Assembly (NCBI RefSeq): GCF_963921235.1
Contig: NC_086097.1
Coordinates: 74,464,001-74,528,000, forward strand
Length of the DNA stretch: 64,000 nt
From: Mobula hypostoma
Lineage: Eukaryota
Direction of reading: 5' to 3'
Position numbers and translations under genes: made by a program. Under the pieces are notes generated by a model. The model was not told the DNA's origin. It saw nothing but the letters and a program-made list of their open reading frames with translations, and did no database searches. Position 1 is the first letter of the stretch. Each line of letters starts with the position of its first letter. Below, piece after piece: positions 36,470 through 50,082 of this stretch.

Positions 36470-38530
36470 AAAGAAACAGAACTATTTGGCCTCTTAAGTC
36501 TCCTCCACCGTTCAGTAAGTGTGAGTTATTCAGCTCCTTTTTCAAATCCACTCTCCCATCCTCTTCACCAGAACTCTCAATTCCCTTACCAATAAAGAAT
36601 CTGTTTATCAAGACTTTGAATATATGCAAGTATTCAGCTCCTACTGCTGTTGAAAACTGTGGGAGAAGAAATTCTTCCCCTTAGTTTTAGTTGTCCCTAG
36701 TTGTAAGCTGTGCCCCCGATGCCCGACTTCTCAATGAAGGAAATACCCTCCCAGAATTTACTCAGAAAATCTTTAATGCAATTGTGCAATTGCCTCTCAT
36801 TCACCTCAACTTCAATAAGTATTGACACAGCATGTTCAAGTTCTCCTAACACAATCCTTCCATATCCAAGATAATCCTCATGAATCACTCTGAAATACTT
36901 TCCATTTACTTCTATAAGGGGACAAAAACTATACTAGTACTCAAGGTGTCTCACTGGTGTCTTGTACAGTGGTAGACAAACTACTTTACTTTTATATTCC
37001 AACCCTCTTGAAATTGAGGCCTAAATTCTGCTAACTCTCCAATTACCTTCTGTACTTAGGTGCGAGCTTATGGTATTTCGTGTACAAGGATCCCCAAATC
37101 CCAGTGCTTTCTGCAGTAATCTGTTTCATTATTCTCCCTTATAAAGTAAACAACTTCACATTTTCTCACAATATACCCCAATTGTCTACATGCTGATCCT
37201 TCTAATATCTCTCTATCAACTGCCTCCATATTTTCACTTTTGTATCATGAATAAGCTTGGCTGCAGTATATTTCCTCCTTTAAATCATCATATATATACA
37301 TTTCAATTGGCTGTCATCCCAGTCCTGATCCTGAAGCACCTGACTGGTTACAGGATGCCACCCTAAACAAGACCCCTTCGGAACTGGAATTGGTTTGTTT
37401 ATGCCATATGCACCAAGGTACAGTGAAAAACTTGTCTTTTGTACTGTTCATGCAGATCAATTCATTACACTGTGCACTGAGGCAATACAATAACAGAATT
37501 CAGAATAAAGTGTAACAGCTACAAAGAAAGTGCAGTGCAGGTAGATAACATGGTGTAGGGTCATAATGAGGAAGATTATAAAGTTTTCTATCCCCACTTG
37601 CTGATTTTGGCTAGTCCTCTATTCATGTTAATGTCCTATCACAAACACCATGACCTCTTATCCCCTTTGTGTAGAACCAAGTTTGAAAATCCAAATATGT
37701 TATATTTAATGATTCCTCTTTATCCAGTATGGCTGATACTTCCTCTATACGCTTTCATAAATTTGTCAACCCCTTGATGAAACTGTGCAGTCATCTCATA
37801 TTCAAGTTACAACTTTTCTAATGCTCTGCCTTTACTTCATTAATAATTGATTTTATATTTGGCATTCATCCAACTAGCCAAAGGTGCTCACTTTTTGCCT
37901 ATCATGCTTTTTTAAAATAAGTGTTTCATTTTGGCATCTTTCCAATGCCATGGTACTTCTTCAGAGTCTATGGATTGTTGGAAGTGTCTTATTGATACAT
38001 CTACCACCTCCGTAGCCAGTTCTTTTGGAATCCTAGGATATAAACCATCACATAAGGGATGGTCAGATCAGACATGCCTTTAACTTCATTTGCTTGCCTT
38101 GTACTAGTTCTCCAAATATAGTGATGGTATTTAATTACTCCCCTGTATTCTTTTGGATAAATGGCATGTCTATAGTGTTCTCTACCATGAAAATTGATAC
38201 AAGATCTGGTATATTCCCTTGTCTAAAATTATTTTACCAGCTTCACTCTCTTAGAGACCGAAGTTTACTTTGACCTGTCTTGCCTTTTATGCACTTAAGC
38301 AAGTTCTTACTGTCATTTTTATATATCTTCCATGCTAGTTTGCCTCAGTTTATTTCCCCCTTGATGTGTTTTTCATCTCCCTTTTCCAAAACCTGAATTT
38401 GTCCCAGTCTTCAAGCCTTCCTGCAACATTTACCAGCTAATGCAGTGTCCCCTTCAACCTAGTCCCCTCTTTAAATCATTCCTGTCCCCAGCCCACTCCA
38501 CACCCACCCTTTCTGCCTCAATGGGACACA
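36470..38530 (-). mobile_element. Degraded CR1 with a Rex-type tail inserted at ~37380-37580
   Basis: Colinear decayed similarity to CR1 ORF2; insert starts gaactggaattggtttgtttat. Confidence 0.55.
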
Positions 38531-39409
38531 TTTTTGTCAATTCTCACAAATTATAACATGTATGTTCTCAGGGAAATATACAACAAAACTGTGGAGGTTG
38601 CTTAGGGCACACTTGCATGGGGTTCTGAATAGGTTTGACACATTGAGGCAGGGAAAGGGTGAATCAACCACAGTCAACAAGAGAAGTAGAACATTCTGTC
38701 ACGAGAAAGAAAGAAGCGTACTTAAGGTTAAGGAAGGAAAGATCAGACAGGGCTCCTGTCAGAATATAGAGCTGAGCTGAGAAGTGGCAGGTGGAGTTGA
38801 AACTGGAAAAGTGTGAAGTGATGCACTTTCGAAGGTCAAACTTGAAGGCAGAGTACAAAGTTAATGGCAGGACTATTAACAGTGTGGAGAAAGGATCTAT
38901 CCCCTTGCTGTGCCAGATTAAATTCTCCTCAACAACAACAACAAAAATCCATACAGAGATGCAGCTTGCCTGGTTTATGTAGCTTCCACATTTTCCAGAA
39001 CATGTCTCAATGTCTCAGGAATCTAAATCCTACCCTCGTATATCATTCTATTAATCATACATTAATCTTAACTATCCCCCCATTTTATTGGTCTTGTTGT
39101 TGGTAGTAATCATCAGATTAAGATCTTTAAAGTCACGATTTTTAAATTTATCTCCTTATATTCATCTTGAAGGTTCATTTTTTTGTTATGCAAGTTGCTG
39201 GTACCACTATGTACTGCAACATCTGTCTGTTCTTCCTCATCCAGAGTGCCCTGATGTTGTTCTATGACATCATTGGCTCCGGCACTGGGAAGGGACTAAA
39301 CTGTTCCAGAGTATTGTTTGTGGCTACAGAACTGTCTGACTGTTCTCCTTATAATTGAGTCTCCAATCACAACTGCCTGCATAGAGTTTGAACGTTTTCA
39401 TTGTGACCT

Positions 39410-40492
39410 ATGGGTTTCTCCCAGATGCTCCATTTCCACCCAGAGTCCAAAGACATGAAGATTAGTAAGATAATCAGCCACTGTAAATTGCTCCTAGTAT
39501 GCAAGTGGCAAAATTAGAGAGAATTGAGGCGTATATGTGGAAAACAATATATGCTTACTGTGCACAATAGGATTACTCCTACAAAATTGGATTGGTGTAA
39601 ATACAGTGGATTTTGGTAAATTGGGACACATTGGGACCAGTACATTTTGGCCTCGTTAAGCAGCTGCCCCAATTAGCCAAAGTTTCATAGAAATAGTTAA
39701 AAATATATAAAAATAAGACAAACTACCATTTAACTAAGCACAGATTATGTATTAACTGAAATACAGAACAATTTAGAAAAGTACCAAAACTACTGCAGTC
39801 TATTAAACTCCGTATCCTTCCAACAGTTATCAATGGAGGAATTCATCTAGTGTATGCTGCCGTGGTCTTTTGATTGACTGTTAATGAACAAAATCAGCAC
39901 AGACACCTAGTGGACTGCCTTGATACAATGTTATTGATGATTGCATCCTCCAAGTCTTCATTTTCATTGTAACATTCAAGGTGATTGTTGATACCTTCAA
40001 ATTGTTTGTAGTTCCTAACTGTTGAAGTAGTGAAAACGTTTCATTTTCACTCCCAACTCTTTCCAGTATCTCCAAGCCTGAATGCTTGAAACTGCAGTGA
40101 GCAAAACAGTTTGGAATTACTGCTTATTTCTCACCAACTATCAGTGACAAAATCATTGCTTTTGAACATAAGCACACGCAACTGACACTGTTTAAAAACT
40201 GTTCACTTTAAGCAGTTTGTAATGTCTAATGTCCACATAAATGTACGTGACTAACATTAGTTAGAAACTGTGAGGCAACAGTCACCTGTCCCATTTAAGC
40301 AGCATAGTGTCCAAAATAAATAAAGGGAATTCTGACTGTTTTCCTGATTACTTTCTGTTCTTCAAGAGTTGTCCCAAGTAGGTGGTTGTCCTTATTAACT
40401 GATGGCCCAATTAATGGTACCCACTGAACATGATTGATAGTCAACGTGGATTTAGTGGGCCAAAGGACATACTTCCATGCTTATATGACTAT
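39410..40492 (+). mobile_element. HE1-like SINE split by a pogo/Tigger-like element
   Basis: gggtttctcccagatgctcc...tccaaagacatg...ctgtaaattgctcctag before the insertion; gtgggccaaaggac...tatgactata after it. Confidence 0.65.
39604..40426. mobile_element. Non-autonomous pogo/Tigger-like DNA transposon, copy 1
   Basis: TA-cagtgga...aattgggacac left end and gatggcccaattaatggtacccactg right end (imperfect TIR); colinear with 57908-58690. Confidence 0.8.
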
Positions 40493-40622
40493 AACTAGGG
40501 TCATTATTTAAAAATAGTGTGTCATTTATTTGTAACAGAAATTAGGCAAATTTGTTCTCTTAAACTAGCGTCCTCTTCTTCAAAGGGTTGTGGAAGCAGA
40601 GCTATTGAATATTTAAGAAGTA

Positions 40623-41691
40623 GAGTGGCTTAAAAAAGTATTCATCCCCCACAACTATCTGTACATTTTACTGTCTCATTTTCTAAATTTAAAATATTTT
40701 CTGAATTTAAATCATGTATTAAAATGATTTTTTGAGCTAATCATGTTAAATCAAAAGAAAAATTCCAAAATCTATTAACAATTTACTAAAAATTAAACAC
40801 CAAATTAATGAGGCTGAAAAAGTGTTCATTCCCTTTGTAACTACCACACTAATTTTCCTCAGGTGCAATACTATTTATTACTTTACCAACTCACCTGCAC
40901 ATCAGCTGTAAAGTAAGATAAGGTAGCACCATGCTGTGGGAATCACGTACATAGAAAATCTGCAGTCTCAGCCCGAAACGACGACTGTTAACTCATTTAC
41001 ATAGAAGCTGCCTGGTCTGCAGAGTTCCTCCAGCATTTTGTGTATCATGCCATGGGGATGCTTTTCAGCAGCAGGGACTGGAAATCTGGTCAGGGTTGAT
41101 GGTAAAATGAATGTTGCTAAATACAGAGAGTTCCTGGATAAAAACCTGCTAGCCTCTGCCAGAAAGCTAAAACTGGGGAGGAAGTTCATCTTTCAGCAGG
41201 ACAATGACTCAAAGTACACTGCTGGAGCAACCATGGAGTAGCTTCAAATAAAGAAAATTGACGTCCTTGAGTGGCCCAGTTAGCGTCCTTAACCCAATCG
41301 AACATCTCTGAAAAGACCTCAAGATTGCTGCCAACTAACCTGGCACTGTTTGAGCAATTTTGCAAGCAGGAATGGGCAAATCTTGTTCCATCACATTGTG
41401 CAAAGCTAATGGAGACTTTTCCAAAAAGACCACTGGCTGTACTAGCTTTGAGATGTGGTTCAACTAAGTACTGAGCAGAGGGGGATGAATATTTTTGAAC
41501 TGCTGACATTTCATTTTTTGAATTTTTAGTTTTTCATGCTTTGTAACATTCCCTGTCTTTTGGGCTCTTGTGAAAAATGGAGCATGTGATTCACAAACAA
41601 AAATTCTCAATTAGGTTGATCAAAATCCCTTGTTGTAATACTCATTTATGTGAGCAAAGGGTTGGGGGCTGAATACTTTTACAAGGCTCTG
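40623..41691 (+). mobile_element. Internally deleted Tc1 (IR/DR type) transposon
   Basis: TA-flanked TIRs (aaaagtattcatccccc / gggggctgaatactttt); inner direct repeats ~40810 and ~41480; transposase remnant [20 protein letters not shown]...FQQDND...CKQEWANL...GSTKY. Confidence 0.92.
40965..41043 (+). mobile_element. Penelope terminal-repeat fragment inside Tc1
   Basis: gtctcagcccgaaacgacgactg...gagttcctccagcattttgtgt. Confidence 0.75.
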
Positions 41692-44600
41692 TATACTGAT
41701 TCCTGTGAATGCTGAGCTGAGGTTGAAATGAAATCGGTTCTGACAATGGTGGAGCAGGCTTGATTGGCCAAATGGCCTGTGCAAGTGTCTAATTCACATG
41801 TTCATTTGCACCTATTAAAAGCAAATCAGGAGGGGATGCAAAGTAGGGCGAGGGAGGACAATCAGTAAGTCTGCAAAGCCAAAGTCTTCAAGTGGCAAGG
41901 GCAAACACAGCTGGAACAGCAAGAAACATAGCCATGAAATCCCTCATTGTTGGATTCCCGCAAAACTTGACGTGGGATCTCAATTTAAATTGGTATCTAG
42001 TCCTAACTATAGGGAAGGAGAAAGGGAAATTATAATTATGGAACAGCTTAAAGAAAGGTGTGATATTACAGATAACTCCCAAATGACTGAAAAAATTGCA
42101 TTTTTAATATAACCCAGCACATGTTGGTTTACCAAGGTACATATACTGAATATGCTTGTGCAGTAAACCAAGATGCAGTTCAATACCTAAGCTTGTTTCT
42201 AGTTATACTGACCAATCACTCTACTAAATGACAAAGTTAAAGGAATATGCCAATATTAATTCCTGCTATAGCCCAGAAAAACTCAAAAGGGCATATTTAA
42301 TCAATACATAATACATTAAGCTTCAGAAGGCTGTGAATTTGAGATTAGGGTGTAGTTTACTTTTCTTATTTACTCATCTGGTGCACGTGACATTGCTGGC
42401 ATTTATTGTCCATCCCTAGTTACCCGTTGAAATAAATGGTTTGCTGGGTCATTACAGAGGGCAGCTGAGGGTTAACCATTCTGACGGATTTGGAGTGATG
42501 CCGATGACCGGCTGGGTTAGAACAGCAGATTTCCCTTCCTGATGGAAATTAGTGAACCAGATAATGAAATAACGTTGAAATAATGCTGCCTAATGAAAGC
42601 AGGGTCAGAATTAGTGGCCAGCTTTAATGTCCCTTTACTCATGCACAGCAGAAGCTTATCTGATATGGCACAAGATCTGGTGATTTGGTAAGTGACAGCA
42701 CATGTCCATTTCCTCATACTCCCATACTATTACTCAAAATCATATTCAGTCTTTAAAGCAGAGATTGAATGTAAGCAAATGAAACATGCACTGGTTGCAA
42801 CTTTTGTGCAGGACCAAGTCACAATGAAAGTGCAGGGGCACAATTGGATGCATTAAGCCTAATCGTTTTGCAGCATATAAAAAGGGATTGAGAGGCAGCG
42901 GTTGGCTACATCCCATTTAACAGATTTAAGACAAGGTAGAAAAACTTCACCCACTATTTAGCCCGGGGCTAAGGCAAAAATCGTTTTGACAGACTGGACA
43001 TATTTTGCTTCACTCTGCATGCCTGTGGTGTATCGCTAGCTGCAGTCATTCTAGCACCAAGAGCAAACACTGAACAACTAATGAGTCAACTGAGCCTTGA
43101 TGGTTAATTTTGGGAAGAAGAGGAAACAGAAGTTTGGAGAACAGTGCACAGCCAATGCCAGTGTCCTTATCTCCCCATAGAATGCTAATCTATAAATGGA
43201 CTGTAGTCTTCTAATTTAGCACATACCACAGAGCTCCAAGTATAAAGGAGACCAAAAATAGCACTGTCCTCTCAAGTAGTTATTGTTTTAATGCCTATGG
43301 GATTCTTTTCTAAAAGGAAGAGTCCCATGGGTAACAATGACAAGACTTCCTCGATGCCCACATTTAGCCCAATGCTTTTCTAAGATATAAGAGTCAGAAC
43401 TCTGCTGTTTCCGAATAATAAAAAAGTAGCAAATGCTAAAATGAACCAAGTGTTCCCATTATTAAATGCTCACTCTGGTGTCAGAAAACTTTTTTTTCCC
43501 AAAAAAACAGATGTTCTTCTTTTATTTTTATAAAAAAACGCTCCAACTCAACTCAGGCGACTCAGCACACAGCTGCAGGTAGGCTGGAGCAGTGCCAGTT
43601 CATCAGCCTGCCCAAATAACATAATAACCCCAGGCTCCAGAAACATGATACTCCTGATTTTCATCAGGCATGGAGAGAAGGGGAGCTGCGTGGTGGGGAA
43701 GGAGGCTGTGTAGGGTGAGGAAGAGGGTGGGAGGGGCTGGTGAGAAAAAAGGTAAGTGGCCAAAGACTGCAGAAAGCTGCTCATCCAAGCCTGCAGCTCG
43801 AAATGACACAGGGTTCCCTGCTTTTTTGGAGATATGCCCATTAGATAGAATTAGAGTTCATTTGTGCTATTTATGTGAGCTTGCCCCAACCACCACTGCT
43901 TTACTAACATTAAAAAAATGTTCTCCTTTCCTGCCAAAGACCTGGCACACTTAGTGCACAGAGCAGCTCTCGGCTTTGTATGCACAACAGTCAAAGGTTT
44001 TCTTTTCCTGTTTGCAATCTGTTTGCATGAGATCATTTCTGTGATTTTTAAACTGACTTCTCCCCCATCTCCCAACACCACCTAGGATCAAACTTAAAGC
44101 AAAATAAAAACTTGAATTCACGTCCAGCCCAGCTTTTAGGAATATATCTCATAAAAGTGAAAGGGTAAGAAAAAATGAATTCTCCTCATCAAAACTATAA
44201 TAATTATCTGTCAAAGTTAATTATTGTTTGCTCAGAAAAGCATTCATGACCAAGTGACAGTGAAGGCTTGCCTTTAGGGCTTGAAATGTAGCTAAATGTA
44301 ATCAGAGACTAAAATATCCATGATTTTTGGGCAGTTTTTTTTTAGCCCCAAAAAATAATCAACAAGATCTTGTAATGAAACCAAGTAAACACCTACTCCT
44401 ACCCGAAGGAGAAATTCCTCTTTCCCCCACCTTCAGTAGTATCTAAAATGCACTGAATGAAAAGTACACTTGGAAGTAAAGAGGTCAGAATATTTAAAGC
44501 ACAACACTCCACTTCAGATTCAAACTGCTTAATGTAGGTCAGTTTCATAAACTTTGAAATGAAACTTGCAATTAATCGTTTAAAGATGCCTTTAAAAGTT

Positions 44601-46589
44601 CAGTTTTTAGAGATTCTAGTTACCCATCCTAACATTCCCTTGTTGAGTTTCCAATGTTGTGTATTTATGTTCTTTGGTATGTTTTACCATATTAAAAGCA
44701 TCATATACAGTAAATTGAAGTTGTATTAGTATAAACAGCTGGATTACCCAGAATAAACTTTTAAAATAATTAAACATATTTGGCTTTCATTTGTGAAAAT
44801 CAATTATTATCAAGTGACATCCTGCAGTAACAAACAAATTGATGTGTTATGAGTGTCAGTAATAGTTCAAAATGCAGCAACTTTGTCAGTGATAATCAGT
44901 TTCATTGTCTCCAAATCTTTTCTTTAAATGTAAAATTAAGCTGTGTGCATTTCTAATCTTTGCTCACATGCATTATATCAGCACTTATTTTCACCGATTA
45001 AACTATTATAATAGTTGCTGTGTGTGGCTGCTGCTATCCATCATTTTTCTTTACCTAAGCAGGAAAGAGTTTTCAACAGCACATTGTCCTTTTGTGACTT
45101 TCATACACCACAGTGGTGTCTCCGTGGTGCATTGGTGTCACAGAAATCATTACCTGTGTACACTTCTTTCTATATCAAGAATCTATTACCTGTACCACTC
45201 TATACATTTAGAAACATGGGCAAATGTAAAGGATTTTATTTCATCCACTTACAAAACTTGATTCATTTCATTTATCACTTTTCCTCTGTGAAGCTGAGAT
45301 CATTATCTCTATTCACTCAGCTAGGTAAAGCAAATAGTTTTAAAATTACTTTTACCTAATTTAAGGACTACAGCTGCTTAAAGCTCTCATTTTAGTCTCC
45401 AGGCACCTCATTTTAACTTTTGAGTTTTTTTTTTATGGTGGAATGTAGCCATTTATGTGACCTTTTGTTCCTCCCTTGGAGGAAGACTGGTGACAGGTAG
45501 ATTTATTAAGAGTCTGTTATTGTAAATTCCAGATCTTGCGATTATCTCAGATTGAACTTCTGGAGCTTTTTCTGACATTCTGGTATTAGTTCAAATGTAT
45601 TTTAATGTTTGTTCTCACCTCTCTTTGACCCTGTTATAAATACGTCTCATATGACAAATGCCAAGTAAATTTTCATTGAATATAGTTTTCTTAGTAATAT
45701 AAAAGTTAACTGTGGAAGCACTTCATCAGACTCATTTCTGGAATTCCAAGAAAAAGCATATTTGGTCCAACAAAGAAATTGCAGGAGAGTTAAATGTTTG
45801 CAAGTTATTGTTTGGACATAGTTAATTTTGCTTCTTTACCCGTAGTGTGATTTCTTCTGAATTCAATATTTATTTTCTTCTAACTTCAGCTCAAAGTAAA
45901 GCAGGAGATGCAAATAGTAAAACAGGAGTTGTAAGTACATTTGTACTTAAAATAGAAAATGTTTTACTATCAACATTGGCAAAATGGAAAAAAAAATATT
46001 CACTGCTATTATTTTGTTGATTATTGCTCTAGACTGGATCCTTTTTAATATTTCAAATCGAAAAATACAAACAAATCGAAAAATGGCAAACATCTGTTGA
46101 TCTTATTAGAATTAAATGAGACACGCCCTTTTGAATTGTAGCTACTGTACGTTTTAAAACTGATCCAAATAATACCGTTAACCATTTCTTGCAATTCTCC
46201 ACTAAACTTCTAATAAACATAATTAAACATTTTTTCTGAGTTAAACAGATATCAATTGACTTTCTACTGAATAAATAATATTTCAAACACATTAACTATC
46301 ATGTTACAAAGCTAAATTTACTCTGAGACTTTTTGTGGGGGCTCGTCAGTAATGCCCTTTATTTTCCTGTCATTTTTCTTACATCATCTCTTGATACACT
46401 GGCACTATCAGATTTCACCTTCATTGACAACTCTAATATCAATATTTAAACTTGTTAAATTTTAAAATGTTTCAGTATTTATCGCTTTAGATTCAATCCC
46501 ATTTCAGAAATTTGGACATAATGATCTGGGTTGAATATTTGGCAGTGTCGAGGGAAGTTTTCAATATCCGAAGTACGAATAAACCAGGG

Positions 46590-46670
46590 CCAAAGAACTT
46601 TCAACTGAAACACTGACTGTCTATTTCCCTCCATAGATGCTGCCTGACCTGCTGAGTTCCTCCAGTTCCA
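46590..46670 (+). mobile_element. Penelope terminal-repeat remnant
   Basis: ctgaaacactgactgtctatttccctccatagatgctgcctgacctgctgagttcctccag. Confidence 0.7.
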
Positions 46671-47089
46671 GTCCTGTTTCTGAGGATCTAGTGACACATT
46701 TCAAAAATTGTATCAGTACTGAGCAGAATATTGCCACCATATTGATGGGAAAAAAGCACCGGGGGCCGGGTGGGGGGGGGGGGTGCGAGATGAGGATGGG
46801 GTTGTACTGTAGAAAATTCCCTGCTCACAAACTGCTGAAAAATCTATTCTCCCAGATTCAGACAACTGATAAACACTGAACAGCATCTATAAGCTAATAA
46901 AAAAAATTAAGCAGTTGAAAACGGTGAACTGAAAGAAATAATGAGGTAGAGGTAACTTCCTGTTGTTCCTGTATCACAATAGAATCGTGTGAGTGCTGGA
47001 GGACATTTGGGGAACACTGGGAGAGCAGCCAGAAAATTAGGAATTTTCGGGTTTATTTAAGAATTCTACATCCTATGAAACCTACTTTC

Positions 47090-47272
47090 CAAGCCCTTAT
47101 CTGATCACAATTGTGAACACTTACTGAGTTCACAAATTGGTTGCCCTGTTGCAATGCTTGCACTACATTACAAAATGACTACCCCCTAAAATTCCTTTGG
47201 TGGCTGTAAATGTTTTTTTTTTCCTGAGGTTGTGATTGGTGCAACATTAATGCATGTCTGTTTTATTCCTTT
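47090..47272 (+). mobile_element. Old SINE 3' part (DeuSINE/SacSINE-like)
   Basis: aaattggttgcc...ctacattacaaaatgactac...ggctgtaaa...tcctgaggttgtga...attaatgca; recognised from memory of shark SINE tails. Confidence 0.45.
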
Positions 47273-48589
47273 CTCTGTTATAATGGTAGAATTGAATACT
47301 AGATACAACAAGGGCAATGCCAAATTTTATGTCAATACATTTGAAGAAACGTTAATTAATATGTATAAGAAATCTCTTCAAAACTCAAAAAGACAATATA
47401 CATGAATTGACATACAATTGCTGAGTTGAGTAAATTCAAATCCCATTTGATTAAGTGTAGGATTTGCCCTTTCATTCTATGAACTGCATTCATCTTTCCA
47501 GAAAGCTGGTTTCACTTATAAACAAGAGTTTTTTTTCCCTCTGCTGTGTAAGCATTTCAGTGATCTAAGGTCACCTTGCACCCTTTTTGTCCTGCAGCCT
47601 ATATCGTTAATCACCCATTAATGACCAACAGTCTATAACAAACATCTCAGAGAACACATTAGAATAAGATGATGTTTAATGCTACTTTTTTTGCACAGAT
47701 GTGTACTTCAAACATAATTATTGAATGAAAGTTTTCTTTATGTTGTAAAAATTGACTTTACTTTAGACTGTTTAAAAGAATAATGTCCCATGCTGTTTTG
47801 CATCAATCCTTAACAATTAGAAAGGAACTTGAGGTAAGAATTAATCTGATATGTATATTAAAAATACGAAAATACTAAGCTTTTAACTTCACCTGCACAA
47901 CATATCTATTCACCTTCTTCACATTTTGGACCCATAAACCAAATAAATTCAAAGGAGTGGGTATACAATGCAATCATATTTGTGTTCAAAGGTTGGATAT
48001 GTGAAAATCACCAGAACAAATTTGCTCTGTAATCTGTTTTTACAAAGAACTATGGTATCATGCTACACTCAAGTAAAGCCAAGAGATATTGCATAAAATG
48101 TTAGTAAAAAGGTACACTATTTACAATGTGGTAGATTTCACTTTGAAATTATAGATCAACATAATTGATATCTGTGTTCTTCTCTGAAACAAAATGTAGT
48201 TCAAACTATTATGATTAATGTAGTCAGGATCTTCTGTTGAACATAATGTGATTAATGGAAGGCAGCACGGTTTCAGACACGTTGGCTCAAGCCATACTGA
48301 ATTTCTGGATTTCCTTTCTTCCCCTAAGGTTGCAATGGCAAGTAGTTATTGAGTGCAGGCAATCTATTATAGATTTAGGCTTTTAAAAGGTATTTAATAA
48401 AATAGCTTCATGAGAATGGAGCATTGGTAAGGGCCCACAAAATTAAAATCTAAGTAACAAATTGCAATGCAAACTTGTCAGTATATAGCAATCAAACGTT
48501 TGGTTAAATGTTCTGTCAATTTCATGAGAGAGGGGTGAAGAGTTAGACTTCAAGGAACTGAAGTCTCTTGCACTTTATTATCATTATCC

Positions 48590-49150
48590 AATATAAAAAT
48601 GAAAGTAGTAAAGGAGGGAATGGACCATGCATTTCCTCAAGACAATTCCTCTAGTCTTTGCTTTTAAGATGATCTTTTCACCACTTTCCTGCACTAATCC
48701 TACATCCCTTGATATTAGATATCAATCACTCATTCTCCATTTTCAATATACTAGCTGATTAAGATGCCACAGACCATCTGGTTGGAGAACCCCAAAAATT
48801 CATTAACCTTTTCGTGAAGAGATCTCTGGTCATCTCTGTTCTCTGTTCTAAATGATCAACACCTTATTTTGAAATTTTGACTCCTAGTTCTTAACACTCC
48901 AGTCAAGGTCAACGTCATCCCTCCATCAGCTGTGGTACTCTGTAAGATTTTTTAGTCTTTTAATGAGATTAACTCTCTTTCTTCCAAACTACAGAGATCA
49001 TTGACCTAGTGTGTTTATTGTCTCCTCACGGGACAATGTTCCCATGCCACGAATCATGGGACCATGGAAAACTTTTGTTGGATTTCTACGGTGTGCCTTT
49101 TTTAGAGTGATGTGTACACAATATGTCAATTGCTGTCTTATCAGAACACA
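48590..49150 (-). mobile_element. Degraded CR1 3' region
   Basis: Decayed similarity to the CR1 3' end (ctctgttctaaatgatcaacaccttatttt...). Confidence 0.5.
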
Positions 49151-49734
49151 AATACTGAATTGAATGGTAGGCATGTGAAATGGAAATAAAACCATTGTGA
49201 AGAGGAAGAGGAAGTTGAAGAGGAAGAGGAAAAACTTATGCAGTAAGCAAGTGCTCATTTAGAAGCTATTTTTAAATGGATTAGAGCCTTGGTGAGTGAT
49301 AAATGGAGGGTACACATTTGCAATTAGGATTATATGTGTAAAAGACCAAAAGATTGAGTTTTATAAGAAAATTAATGGTATCTTGAAAGAGATACAAGCA
49401 AAAGGAAAACTTCAAAATGATTTTAAGTTTCCATTTGAAAGCAAGTGCAAAGTTTGAGACTGAACATGTGTGTGCTTGGACTCTAAAAGGGACAGGCCAA
49501 CAATATTATGTTGCTTTTCCCTTATATAATTGACTGGATATTGTGGCATTGCAGCTCCACCCTATTTTAGCCCTTGCTTCAATATTCATGAATAAAATGT
49601 ACAGCTGTCTTTGTCTTCATGATTTCCCAATGTGTTGGGCAGAGAGGAAGATACAAGGAGCGTTAAGGTAATGAGAGCACTAAAGAGGGAATGGTGGGAT
49701 GGCGGGATAGATCATTGTGCAAAAGAGGGCCAAG

Positions 49735-50082
49735 AATCCAGTCGTTCACTCTTCGCTCCCTTCAGTCAAGTGGAAGCTACAAAAACTTAAAAACGTGCAC
49801 CACTAGATTCAAGGACAACTTCTATCCAGCTGTGGTAAGATTCTTGAATGCACCTTTTGCATAATGAAGATAAACACTTGATCTCCCAATCCACTACATC
49901 ATGGCCCTTGCATGTTACTTGTTTGCCTAAGCTTCACCATCTCTGTAAATGTAACACTATATTTAGCATTGTTATTGTTTTTCCCTTCGTACTATTTTAA
50001 TATAATTATGTTTGGAATGATTTGTCTGTATGGCATGCAAAATATTTCACTGTTTCTCGGAACATATGACAATAATAAACAA
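49735..50082 (+). mobile_element. Rex1-type LINE 3' end
   Basis: cactagattcaaggacaacttctatccagctgtgg...tttcactgtttctcggaacatatgacaataataaac. Confidence 0.7.
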
